Shown here in pieces: positions 1-8,190 of a stretch of DNA of 40,918 bases (position 1 is the first letter of the stretch; each line of letters starts with the position of its first letter). A program made the translations under genes and the position numbers. Origin of the DNA: an uncultured Planctomycetaceae bacterium (GTDB lineage: Bacteria; Planctomycetota; Phycisphaerae; SM23-33). The notes beneath the pieces are model-generated. The model had not been told where the DNA came from, made no database searches, and saw nothing but the letters and a program-made list of their open reading frames with translations. The stretch lies in NCBI GenBank assembly GCA_964402305.1, contig CAYOBS010000001.1:1-40918 (forward strand). Reading direction: 5' to 3'.

Positions 1-4
1 GTGT

Positions 5-302
5 TTAGCGACCGGCCTTCAGCCCCGTTCACGGGGCTTTGCCCCTAAGGGGTATAGACCAGGCCTTGAGGCCTGGGGCGAACAGGACGTTCCTGTTGTT
101 TTTGTTCAGCACGCTTCAGCGCGCTTGATTGTGGCTTTAGCCTAAAGGCCCCTGACCACGGGGTAAGCGCGCTGAAGCGTGCTGATAAGAACAACCCGAT
201 AGAGAATCTTATTGTCGCCCAATCCAGGCCTAAAGGCCTGGCCTATACCCCCGCTGCCGCGGGGGCGAAGCCCCGTGAACGGGGCTGAAGGCCGGTCGCT
301 AA
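5..302. repeat. Family-A ~300-bp nested palindromic element, copy 1 (complete)
   Basis: 5-39 (ttagcgaccggccttcagccccgttcacggggctt) is the exact reverse complement of 268-302. The inner 20-nt pair is cagcacgcttcagcgcgctt (107-126) / aagcgcgctgaagcgtgctg (165-184). Local hairpins include cccc-taa-gggg and ccaggcc..ggcctgg. The same architecture occurs at 14533-14833 and 23165-23374. Confidence 0.85.
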
Positions 303-412
303 CACCTACGTTTGATGAGATAGCCCATGAGCCCCATGACCAGCCACCCTGCCCAACAGGCACTGCGCGCCAGCCCAGCCGCAACACCCGGTTACGCCCC
401 AGCCAACGCCGT

Positions 413-586
413 TTGCCCCGAGCAAAGCCGAATGACCGCCGCGGCCTGGAATGCCGCCATTGCGGCTGCAAGCATTTTCGGGTAGTCTATACTTGCCCCA
501 CCCGGGGCGGCAGGATAACGCGGAGACACCAGTGTCGCCACTGCGGGAAACGGATGACAACGTGGGAACGCTCCATAGTGGGTTGA
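413..586 (+). CDS. Small zinc-ribbon protein (two CxxC pairs, NrdR-N-terminus-like); start uncertain
   Basis: The C-terminal part of ORF 212-586 reads ECRHCGCKHFRVVYTCPTRGGRITRRHQCRHCGKRMTTWE, a CxxC...CxxC ribbon. The upstream part of the ORF runs through the Family-A repeat and is unlikely to be coding. An in-frame TTG at 413 is a possible start. It lies 43 nt upstream of the AbiTii-like gene on the same strand. Confidence 0.4.
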   Translation: MPRAKPNDRRGLECRHCGCKHFRVVYTCPTRGGRITRRHQCRHCGKRMTTWERSIVG

Positions 587-628
587 TTAAGCTTATAACC
601 GATTGTCCAACGTCGTAAGGGAGACCGA

Positions 629-1549
629 ATGTCATTACTCGAAGACATCCAAAACGCGGCCGTAGCGGCCAATAGCGACCTTGGCGAACTGCTTCGCAAG
701 TGCAAAGTCCTCGCTGCGCGACTCGATAGTAAGCCATTGGAGGACTGGCTGATCTGGGAGTCCAATGGTTATCCCGACGATGTTGAGCTCCCCGTTTACA
801 GGGTTTGGGATCTGCAACTCAAGGGCAACTTCTCCGGTCCTTTTCGTTCAGGCCTCAACAACGCTCCGATCCCGCGTGTGTGTGTGCCGGAGGATCTCCG
901 CGACGCCGTTACAGTCTTCAAGTGCCGACAGAGCGTGGCGAGCATACAGGATTCCCTGAGCAAAGGTGCCGCGATCTTCCAGGTCCCGCTCAGTGACCTC
1001 CCGATCTTACTGGCCGACAAAGTATTCTTGAACACAAATTGTCTCCAAGCATGGGGTGAGGTTGCCAGGAGCAATGTCGTCGAAGTACTGAATACGGTCC
1101 GAAACCGGATACTTGATCTCGTTTTGGCGATTGGGAAGGAATATCCCATGGCTGGCGAGGTTCCCGGCTCTGCGGAGAAAGTCCCGCCCAGCAGAGTTCA
1201 ACAGATATTTCAACAGATATTCAATACAACTGTGTATGGTGGCGCGTCCAACATTGTGGGGACCGCCGAGAATTCCACGATCTCGTTCAATGTTCAGACT
1301 GGCGATTTTACATCGCTTGCGCAGGCTCTAGAACAGAACGGAGTCGACAGTGCCGACATAAAAGAACTTGAGATGGCCGTCGAGGCTGAACCATCGCTGA
1401 ATGAATCACGTTCGTTTGGGCCTCGTGTTTCCGGATGGTTGGCCAAGATGTGTGGCAAGGCGGCATCCGGGGCATGGAATATTGGTTTGGCTGCTGCTGG
1501 GCGTATTCTTGCCAAATTGATCGCAATGTATTACGGCTTGCCGTCTTGA
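629..1549 (+). CDS. AbiTii-domain-like protein (candidate abortive-infection protein) with hydrophobic/amphipathic C-terminal tail
   Basis: 306-aa ORF. The N-terminus MSLLEDIQNAAVAANSDLGELLRKCKVLAARLDSKPLEDWLIWESNGYPDDVELPVYRVW matches my recollection of the AbiTii N-terminal pattern (..sdLLRKakvlA.kL......W...ELnGYp....lP.YR.). The tail is AWNIGLAAAGRILAKLIAMYYGL. Two 60-nt lines counted gave 42-47% G+C, well below the flanks. Confidence 0.6.
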   Translation: MSLLEDIQNAAVAANSDLGELLRKCKVLAARLDSKPLEDWLIWESNGYPDDVELPVYRVWDLQLKGNFSGPFRSGLNNAPIPRVCVPEDLRDAVTVFKCRQSVASIQDSLSKGAAIFQVPLSDLPILLADKVFLNTNCLQAWGEVARSNVVEVLNTVRNRILDLVLAIGKEYPMAGEVPGSAEKVPPSRVQQIFQQIFNTTVYGGASNIVGTAENSTISFNVQTGDFTSLAQALEQNGVDSADIKELEMAVEAEPSLNESRSFGPRVSGWLAKMCGKAASGAWNIGLAAAGRILAKLIAMYYGLPS

Positions 1550-1647
1550 ATCAGCGAGGCAACTCGTCATCGCCGTTCTCTTCTCAAGACTTCCTCTCAA
1601 AGCCGACCCGGCCGTGGTGGCCATTTGGCATTGAGCATTTGGCATTT

Positions 1648-1664
1648 GGCCCCGCTTCGGGGCC
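1648..1664. terminator. GC-rich hairpin between convergent AbiTii-like gene and alr (candidate bidirectional terminator)
   Basis: ggccccg-ctt-cggggcc forms a 7-bp perfect stem. There is no clear U-tract. It overlaps the alr stop codon by 1 nt. Confidence 0.35.
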
Positions 1665-2794
1665 TAATCTTCCAGCACCCGCCTTGCCCTGTTGCCAAGC
1701 CTCGTGATGATCTCGTAGGTGATGGTGCCGCACAGGCGGGCGAGGTTCTCGGCGCTGTGGGGGCTGGCTGGGTCGTTGGAGATAATCTCCACCTCGTCGC
1801 CGATGGCTGCATCCGGCACGTCGGTCAGGTCGATTATCACCTGGTCCATGGCCACGCGTCCGCGGATGTGTACGTCGTGGCCGCGGATGCGCATCGTGCC
1901 GCGGTTGGACAGGCATCGCAGGTAGCCGTCGGCATAGCCGACGGGCACCAGGCCGACAAGCGTGTCTGCTGGCACGGTATAGGTAAGCCCGTAGCCGCAC
2001 TTATGGCCGGCAGGGAGGGTCTTTAGCTGCATGAGCCGGCCGGTCAGGCGCAGGGCGGGTTTCAGCGGCAGCTTGCGGGCCATCTCATCGGACGGCGGGT
2101 AGCCGTAAATGGCTATTCCAGGGCGGACCATGTCCAGGTGGGCCTGGGGCAGGTCGATGGTGGCGGCGGAGTTGGCGGCGTGCAGGCAAAGCCCGCTGTG
2201 CCCGCCGCAGGCGTCGACGGCTGCCAGGAACGTTTCCAACTGCCGGCGGGCGTAGGACTTGTCCATCTCATCGGCCGTGGCGAAGTGGGTGTACATGCCC
2301 GTGACGGCAATGGCTGGCTCCCCGCGGGCCTTGGCCAGCAGCCCCGGCGCGGCCTCCGGCAGCACGCCGGAGCGGCCCATGCCGCTGTCAACCTTGACGT
2401 GCATGTCGGCGACGCTGCCGATCTGGCGGGCGACCTGTCCGACGGCGGCGACCTCAGCCGGCGAGACGATTGTCAGCGTCACGTTTTGGGCGATCAGCTC
2501 AGCCAGCGTGTCGCGAAGCTGGTTGCCCTCGACGTTCGCGCAGGCCGAGAAGAACATCAGCAGCGGCCTTTCGTAGCCCAGGCCGCGAAGCGCCAGGGCC
2601 TCCTCCGGATTGGTCACAGCCAGCCAGTCCGCGTGCCGGCTGAGCGGGCCAAGGAGGTTTGTCAGCCCATGGCCGTAGCAGTCGGCCTTGACGACGGCGC
2701 AGAGTTTGGTTGCCGGCGGGAGGCACGCTCGCAGCAGGCGGACGTTGTGCTCAATGGCGGAAGTCGAGATGTGGGCGGTAAGATAGCTTTCCAT
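1664..2794 (-). CDS. alr: Alanine racemase
   Basis: 376-aa ORF. It carries the PLP-lysine motif AVVKADCYGHG, then VPVGYADGY and a typical C-terminal beta-domain. The length is canonical. Confidence 0.93.
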   Translation of the reverse strand: MESYLTAHISTSAIEHNVRLLRACLPPATKLCAVVKADCYGHGLTNLLGPLSRHADWLAVTNPEEALALRGLGYERPLLMFFSACANVEGNQLRDTLAELIAQNVTLTIVSPAEVAAVGQVARQIGSVADMHVKVDSGMGRSGVLPEAAPGLLAKARGEPAIAVTGMYTHFATADEMDKSYARRQLETFLAAVDACGGHSGLCLHAANSAATIDLPQAHLDMVRPGIAIYGYPPSDEMARKLPLKPALRLTGRLMQLKTLPAGHKCGYGLTYTVPADTLVGLVPVGYADGYLRCLSNRGTMRIRGHDVHIRGRVAMDQVIIDLTDVPDAAIGDEVEIISNDPASPHSAENLARLCGTITYEIITRLGNRARRVLED

Positions 2795-2959
2795 TGCGAT
2801 TGCCGCACCCGGCGGTCCGTCGCCGGCTGGTTGGGGCCGGGGTAGAGTATACCATCCTTACTGTCTTCGGCGAAAGGGGCCATTTGCAATGAGTCCGGCG
2901 GCGCGGCCGACAAGTGCTGCAATGCCGCAATATTGGATAGGGACTGGCCTAGAATTGAA

Positions 2960-2988
2960 TTGGCACAGCCTTGGCTCCGACGTATAAT
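2960..2988 (+). promoter_or_regulatory. Sigma70-like promoter TTGGCA-17-TATAAT upstream of the pseudopilin-like gene
   Basis: ttggca (2960-2965), a 17-nt spacer, then tataat (2983-2988), about 65 nt upstream of the ATG at 3054. Confidence 0.45.
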
Positions 2989-3053
2989 ATAGTTGCCGAA
3001 TCGGGGCCGCGGTTCTCGTGTGAGCGTGGCGGCCACTGACGCGAGGTGCGAAC

Positions 3054-4049
3054 ATGAACAGGTCCAGAGGTTTCACGCTTGCGGAACTGATGGTGGTTAT
3101 CGGAATCATCGCGCTTCTGGTGGCGATCATAATGCCGTCGCTCAGCAGCGCCGGTTCCGAGGCCCGACGTATTTTGTGCCTGAACAACCTCAACAAGATC
3201 AACCAGGCCACCCAGGCGGCCGCCTCGCGGGGGATGGCCTGGAACCTGCACGCCATGGCGGTGGACAGCGGCTGGGTCAGCGTGGTCCAGATAGTCACTG
3301 GCGGCAGCGAAATCCTGAAGTGTCCCGAGGGCGGCCCGCTGGCTGAGGGCAAGCCCGTCGAGACCTTGATGGTCATTCGCATGGACATGAACGGCACGGA
3401 CAGCATTCCGCTGATGGAGGTCTTCAAGGACGGCGGGTGGGGGGCGGGTTACAAGCTCCTGAAGTTTTCATCCACGCAGTATTCCCAGCTCGGGGAGGGC
3501 CACACGGTTACCCCGGCGCCTTACGTGCCCGACGGCAATCCCAATTTGTACTACTGGTGCTATGACGATGCCGGGCTTGGCGGCGACCACGACTTCCAGG
3601 ACCTTATCATCCGCGTGACGAAAACAGGCGGCGGTACTGCGAATGTATTCATCTTGGCCAGCACCGGCGGGAACCCCGAGGTCTGGTCGCCGGACTTAAA
3701 GATCTGTTACGCCCGGAGCCAGGACATCAACGAGCACCACTACGGGGGCAAGGGTGTCACGGTGCAGATGAACGTTGGCGGGAGCACGCATTACGGCATG
3801 AACACGGCCAGGATCGACATGCGGCAGTTCGACAGGATCCAGGCCATGGACTACTGTAACGCCACCGCCGCCAGCACCGACAACTGGTCCAGCAAGGAAT
3901 GGGACGTGGACAAGGACAACCAGCCCGATTTCCTTCGGCATAGAGGCAGGCTAAACGGCGTAACGCTCGGCGGTTCCGCCAAGACGTATTACCGATGGCA
4001 GTTGGACCCAGTGGATATTCAGATAGAGCGCGATTTATGGGAAAAGTAA
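3054..4049 (+). CDS. Prepilin-type N-terminal cleavage/methylation domain protein (pseudopilin-like)
   Basis: The N-terminus MNRSRGFTLAELMVVIGIIALLVAIIMPSL is a classic type IV pilin / T2SS pseudopilin leader plus hydrophobic helix (G|FTLxE). Confidence 0.85.
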   Translation: MNRSRGFTLAELMVVIGIIALLVAIIMPSLSSAGSEARRILCLNNLNKINQATQAAASRGMAWNLHAMAVDSGWVSVVQIVTGGSEILKCPEGGPLAEGKPVETLMVIRMDMNGTDSIPLMEVFKDGGWGAGYKLLKFSSTQYSQLGEGHTVTPAPYVPDGNPNLYYWCYDDAGLGGDHDFQDLIIRVTKTGGGTANVFILASTGGNPEVWSPDLKICYARSQDINEHHYGGKGVTVQMNVGGSTHYGMNTARIDMRQFDRIQAMDYCNATAASTDNWSSKEWDVDKDNQPDFLRHRGRLNGVTLGGSAKTYYRWQLDPVDIQIERDLWEK

Positions 4050-4132
4050 GTATCTCGGCGCGGGGGGCGTCGAGGAGGCAAACGTAACTGTCCGCTTGGC
4101 CCGCCGGCCGACGGCACCGATGGAGATTTTCA

Positions 4133-4789
4133 GTGCGGATTCGGGTTCTTATTGCCATTGCGGCTGTGCTGGTTGTGGCCCTCGGGCTGAAATACCTCGT
4201 GTTCTCAGGCTCCTCTGAGCAGGAGCAGACGGACAAGGTCCGGGTGAAGGTCGAGCGATTGGCCCAGGCCAAGGACGTCGAGGGCCTTGCCCAACAGGCT
4301 CAAAGCTCCGATGAGCACGCAGCCAGCATGGCTGTCGCGGCCTTGGGCAACGTCGGCGAGGCCGCTCGCCAGCAGATCGAACGGGCCCTGGTCGACCGCC
4401 GCCCCGCGGTACGCGAAAAGGCCGCCACTGCCTTTGCCAAGGTCGCGCCGCGACAGGATGCCGCCAAGCTCGCCACAATGGCCAGGAAGGACGAGTCCGC
4501 CAACGTCCGCGCCGCGGCCGTCACGGGCCTGGGACGAATGGATGCGTTACAGGAAATGGACGCGATTCTGGACGCGATGGTGGACATGGACCCGGCCGTC
4601 AGGCGAAGGGCCTCCAAGGCCGCCACGAGGTTCGCCGGCGTGCTCGTCCAGTACAACCCCGATGCCTCGATCGAAGACTGCCGCCAGGGCGCCGAACGCA
4701 TGCGCAAGTATTGGGAGGCAAACAAGGCCGAGGCCTTCAAGACCCTTGAACTCTTCTTGAAGCAGAATCAGGCATCGCAAGGCCAATAG
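4133..4789 (+). CDS. Membrane-anchored HEAT-repeat protein
   Basis: GTG start. N-terminal TM segment IRVLIAIAAVLVVALGL. Repeated HEAT/PBS-lyase-like units: AVAALGNVG..., RRPAVREKAATAFAKV, ESANVRAAAVTGLGRM, DPAVRRRASKA. Confidence 0.7.
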   Translation: MRIRVLIAIAAVLVVALGLKYLVFSGSSEQEQTDKVRVKVERLAQAKDVEGLAQQAQSSDEHAASMAVAALGNVGEAARQQIERALVDRRPAVREKAATAFAKVAPRQDAAKLATMARKDESANVRAAAVTGLGRMDALQEMDAILDAMVDMDPAVRRRASKAATRFAGVLVQYNPDASIEDCRQGAERMRKYWEANKAEAFKTLELFLKQNQASQGQ

Positions 4790-4882
4790 CCGCCGCTTGG
4801 CGCACTGCCGGGCGTTTCCAGGGTTTTCCCAACGGCCCGATAACCGGCGCTGCTTACGGCCAAGACCGGAAAGGACGATTTC

Positions 4883-5935
4883 ATGCTTGGCGGCTTCCAG
4901 GACCTCTCCGCGGAGTACTTTTCCGAGATCCTCACTCGCAGGGTTCACAAGGCGGTGGAGGTTCACGGGGTCGAGGTGATGGACTATGCCGATTCGCCCG
5001 ACAACATCCGCGGGTCGGCGGGTCTCAGGAAGGTGGACCTCGTAACGAGCCAGGGGCAGCTGAGCCTGATGGTCAAGGTGCTCGGCCTGGCCAGAAAGCG
5101 TGAGGCGGAGGTCTGGCAGTTTCTCAGCCAGGCCGGGGGGATGCCGATCCCCGAGGTTTACCACGTCGAGCTCGACTCGCGCCAGGGCAACTACGGCGTG
5201 ATAACCGAATTTGTAGGCCCGCTCAGCCAGGCCGAGACGTGGAGCCCCGACGGCTGCCGGCTGGTCGGTGGAGCCCTGGCGGTCCTGCACGGGCGGTGGT
5301 GGGGCAAGCTCGACGAGGCGCCGGGCTTCCTGCCCGTGCCCGAGCAGCCCGCCGAGAGCCGGGCCGAGGCCGTCGCCAGGCGGTTCATAGACCGGCTGAG
5401 CGAGGATGACCGCGCCGTGCTGTACTCGACCGTGCCGGAGGTGTTCTCGCTGCTGGTCAGCCTGCTGCGGATGCCGCCGGAGTTCTTCGCCGAGCCCACG
5501 GCGATGCCTCGCACGGTCATTCACGGCTCGCTCGACCGCTCCGAGGTCCTGTTCCGCCCGGGCGGCAAGCACGTCAAGCCCGTGTTTATCGACTGGGAAT
5601 CCGCCCGGTGCGGGCGCTGCACCGAGGACCTGGCCGGCCTGCTCAACAGCCTGCCGCCGGACATCCGCGCCGCCGGGCGCGATCCGATGGTCAACGCGTA
5701 CATCGAGGCCCTCCGCGAGGCCAACATCGGCATTCAGACCGGCTATCTCCAGGAGAGGATCGACAGCCGGCGGGTCCTGATGGCCGCCCGCGACCTGCCC
5801 GCAATGTGCCGGACCTACCTCCAGCGCAAGGACATGCCCGAATACCGCCAGTGGTGCCGCTGGTTCCTCGACCGGGCCGGCAAAGACGTTGCCGAACTCC
5901 ACCAACTCCTCGGACAACTCAAGGGTAACGCATAA
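4883..5935 (+). CDS. Phosphotransferase (APH/choline-kinase-like) family protein
   Basis: 350-aa ORF. It has a kinase-like catalytic segment VIHGSLDRSEVLF (HxxD....N-like position) and a metal-binding-like FIDWESARCG (DxE/DFE-equivalent). Confidence 0.75.
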   Translation: MLGGFQDLSAEYFSEILTRRVHKAVEVHGVEVMDYADSPDNIRGSAGLRKVDLVTSQGQLSLMVKVLGLARKREAEVWQFLSQAGGMPIPEVYHVELDSRQGNYGVITEFVGPLSQAETWSPDGCRLVGGALAVLHGRWWGKLDEAPGFLPVPEQPAESRAEAVARRFIDRLSEDDRAVLYSTVPEVFSLLVSLLRMPPEFFAEPTAMPRTVIHGSLDRSEVLFRPGGKHVKPVFIDWESARCGRCTEDLAGLLNSLPPDIRAAGRDPMVNAYIEALREANIGIQTGYLQERIDSRRVLMAARDLPAMCRTYLQRKDMPEYRQWCRWFLDRAGKDVAELHQLLGQLKGNA

Positions 5936-5989
5936 CCGGCATGTCCCCGCTTGAAGTCCTCGCTATCGCCGTTGCGCTTGGCCTGGACG
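5935..5989 (+). repeat. 55-nt direct repeat, left copy (orphaned duplicate of the mntP start region)
   Basis: 5935-5989 is identical to 6744-6798 at 54 of 55 positions. It includes the ATG and the first 16 codons of mntP (MSPLEVLAIAVALGLD). Confidence 0.95.
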
Positions 5990-6743
5990 GAATATCGGGA
6001 AGGCAAGATTTACGACGTGTGAATATCTCTGGCCCGCTCTCGGCCCGGTGGTGTAAAATAGCAATCGGCGTTGCCAATAACGCGACGCGATAAACGGGAA
6101 CGGATAATGGCGACATGGGATGACTTGAGCGCGGAAGCCCTGCGGGCCGCAAATGTCCTGAAACGCGATGGTTGTTATCGAGGATGCGTGAATCGGGCCT
6201 ACTACTCGGTTTACTGCGCCGCGGCTGGTCGGGTTGTCGGCAAGGGCGTGAAGTTTCGTCACGGCTGGCAGAATCCCGCCCACGAACAACTTCCCGGTTT
6301 GATTCTCGCCCGTTATGCGAAAGTCAGTGAAACAGGCCGGTGGGAATTGGTTAAGGTGCTGAGGCGGCTGCGATTCGTGAGGACGGATGCAGATTACCGT
6401 CCACGGGCTACGGTAGATGAGACTCTTGCAAGGAATGCCCTGCGTGACGCCAGTTACTTTCTTAAGACAATTGAGAGGCTGTTATGAAGAAGAAGCTGAC
6501 GCGACATGACGTTGGCATAAAGGTCGAGCAGTCGCTGGCTCACCACCACCGCCCCGGTTGGCGAATCGAGGTTGTAAAGAAAGGCATCCATCAGGAAGAT
6601 GACTGGTGGTACGTCCCTGTACGGCCCGATCAGGACACCAGGCGGACAATCCATTATTACGACCTCCTTGCCGAAGTCGAGTCCGAGCTACAGGACGACG
6701 AGAATCTCAACATTCTGCTCGTGCCCGTTTCCGGTGAAGACTG
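5990..6743 (+). mobile_element. 754-bp inserted two-gene cassette (HEPN protein plus small partner) between the direct repeats
   Basis: It is bounded by the 55-nt direct repeats. The kinase stop (5935) sits 5 nt from the orphaned mntP ATG (5941), which implies the ancestral junction. No integrase or transposase lies inside. Confidence 0.5.
6107..6487 (+). CDS. HEPN-domain protein (candidate toxin/RNase)
   Basis: AEALRAANVLKRDGCYRGCVNRAYYSVYCAAAG ... LRFVRTDADY matches the HEPN helix pattern (AyYa.yhAa.a ... R...aDY). The ORF opens at 6071; the ATG at 6107 gives a typical ~126-aa HEPN protein. Confidence 0.65.
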   Translation: MATWDDLSAEALRAANVLKRDGCYRGCVNRAYYSVYCAAAGRVVGKGVKFRHGWQNPAHEQLPGLILARYAKVSETGRWELVKVLRRLRFVRTDADYRPRATVDETLARNALRDASYFLKTIERLL

Positions 6744-6744
6744 A
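6484..6744 (+). CDS. Small acidic hypothetical protein translationally coupled to the HEPN gene (candidate cognate partner)
   Basis: 86-aa ORF whose start overlaps the HEPN stop (ATGA). It has no nucleotidyltransferase (MNT) GS...D.D motif. It contains WWYVPVRPD...YYDLLAEVESELQDDENLNILLVP. Confidence 0.55.
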   Translation: MKKKLTRHDVGIKVEQSLAHHHRPGWRIEVVKKGIHQEDDWWYVPVRPDQDTRRTIHYYDLLAEVESELQDDENLNILLVPVSGED

Positions 6745-6798
6745 CCGGAATGTCCCCGCTTGAAGTCCTCGCTATCGCCGTTGCGCTTGGCCTGGACG
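6744..6798 (+). repeat. 55-nt direct repeat, right copy (functional mntP start)
   Basis: See 5935-5989. Confidence 0.95.
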
Positions 6799-7352
6799 CG
6801 ATGAGCGTCTCAGCCGCCATCGGGGTGCGCTGGCACGGGCCGAGGCAGAAGTTCCGCCTGGCCTGGCACATGGGGCTGTTCCAGTTCCTGATGCCCGTTC
6901 TCGGCTGGCTTGGCGGGGTGCAGTTGGCGTCGCTGATGGAGAAAGTCGGCTCGTACGTCGCCGCGGCGCTGGTCTTCGCCGTGGCGGCAAAGATGCTCCA
7001 CGAGGCCGTCAAGAGCCATCCCGGCGCGGACGAGGAGGCCGTGGCGACGGTGACAACGCTGGCGGCGGCGACCGCGACTGCGGCAGCGCGGCCCGACCCG
7101 ACTCGCGGCTGGTCGCTGGTGGCCCTGTCCGTCGCCACCAGCCTCGACGCCCTGGTGGTGGGCTTCTCGCTGGGCCTCAAGGGCGCGTCGAGCATCATCT
7201 GGCCAAGCCTGGTCATTGGCGTTACAGCCGCGGCGATGAGCCTGGCCGGCGTGGTTATCGGCAAGACCCTCGGCGACAGGTTCGGCAAGCCGGCCGAGAT
7301 CGCCGGCGCCGTCGTGCTCATGCTCCTGGCAGTGAGCTTTCTGGTCTGGTGA
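6750..7352 (+). CDS. mntP: Manganese efflux pump MntP family
   Basis: 200-aa polytopic membrane protein. The N-terminus MSPLEVLAIAVALGLDAMSVSAAIG and the second-half motif ALSVATSLDALVVGFSLG are the duplicated DUF204/MntP signature. Confidence 0.85.
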   Translation: MSPLEVLAIAVALGLDAMSVSAAIGVRWHGPRQKFRLAWHMGLFQFLMPVLGWLGGVQLASLMEKVGSYVAAALVFAVAAKMLHEAVKSHPGADEEAVATVTTLAAATATAAARPDPTRGWSLVALSVATSLDALVVGFSLGLKGASSIIWPSLVIGVTAAAMSLAGVVIGKTLGDRFGKPAEIAGAVVLMLLAVSFLVW

Positions 7353-7371
7353 GGGGGGAGAAGAAGCAATT

Positions 7372-7399
7372 GTGGATTGCGGATTGCGGATTGCGGATT
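7372..7399 (+). repeat. Heptamer tandem array (GCGGATT)n
   Basis: gtggatt gcggatt gcggatt gcggatt, starting 20 nt after the mntP stop. Confidence 0.95.
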
Positions 7400-7585
7400 G
7401 GGGACAAGAAGGCGCGGAGACACGGGGGCGCGGAGAGCGCAGAGGGGAAAAGAAGGAAGCAGGAAAAGAAGGAAGTAGTAGTTAGTAGATAGGGAGTAGG
7501 AAGGCAATCTGGGACCATACGGATTTAGCTTGCCAAGCCATGGTCGGCCGCTAGGAAGATGGGCAAATAATATGGTGTCCCCAGA

Positions 7586-8149
7586 TTACCTTTTTTCTGC
7601 TGGATAGCAACGACGGGCTATTGGCTTGTATTCCCATACTACGTCGCCACCAAGACCATCTCTATAATACACCATGCTGACGGATACGTTATCTCTATCC
7701 CACATCAATTCCAGGTGGCCCTCAATAACGTGTTCCTTTGGCTCACCGTATAGAGCCAGAAGTGACTTGCGACATTTAGCCAGATTCTCCTTGTCTACGA
7801 CCATAGTGCAATGAAAGAACTCATCATTGTAGAACCACATGTCTGATCTTCCGGTAACACCGCCAATCTGTGTGCTATTTTCTGTGAAAGCGTAAGATTT
7901 GATACTATCAGAATCAGACGAAAACTCATTTAGTCTGAGACCGTATACGCTGCTCGCCTTCTCTCCCCAGCGAACACCATTTACCCCATCCCATTTACCC
8001 AATGCGGTTACTTGCCTTGTGGCCGGTCTGCTGGTTGGCCCCGGTCTGCTGGTTGGCCCCGGTTGCGTAATGGCAATCATAGCAACGACTAACACAATAA
8101 CGATTAGGCATCCCCCGCATCCCCGTTTCATATCATCTGGTGTGTTCAT
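7586..8149 (-). CDS. Low-G+C hypothetical membrane-anchored protein
   Basis: Start chosen at MNTPDDMKRGCGGCLIVIVLVVAMIAI (one TM), followed by a PGPTSR x2 tandem and then a globular domain. Three 60-nt lines counted gave 42-48% G+C, against 67% for a clpC line. I recognised no family. Confidence 0.55.
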   Translation of the reverse strand: MNTPDDMKRGCGGCLIVIVLVVAMIAITQPGPTSRPGPTSRPATRQVTALGKWDGVNGVRWGEKASSVYGLRLNEFSSDSDSIKSYAFTENSTQIGGVTGRSDMWFYNDEFFHCTMVVDKENLAKCRKSLLALYGEPKEHVIEGHLELMWDRDNVSVSMVYYRDGLGGDVVWEYKPIARRCYPAEKR

Positions 8150-8190
8150 TACGCAATCCGCCCCTCGATCCGCCGCGGCGGACTCGGGGC

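Noticed and set aside
212-412. N-terminal 67 codons of ORF 212-586
   Set aside because: This stretch is the right arm of the Family-A palindromic repeat plus Pro/Arg-rich sequence. Only the C-terminal zinc-ribbon part looks like real protein.
2961-2976. Sigma54-like TGGCAC-N5-TGGC element
   Set aside because: The -12 element is TGGC rather than TTGC, and it overlaps a better sigma70 TTGGCA-17-TATAAT arrangement. It is kept only as a note.
4547-5917. 456-aa minus-strand ORF
   Set aside because: It is antisense to the HEAT-repeat and kinase-like genes. It has no motifs and a G+C-driven composition.
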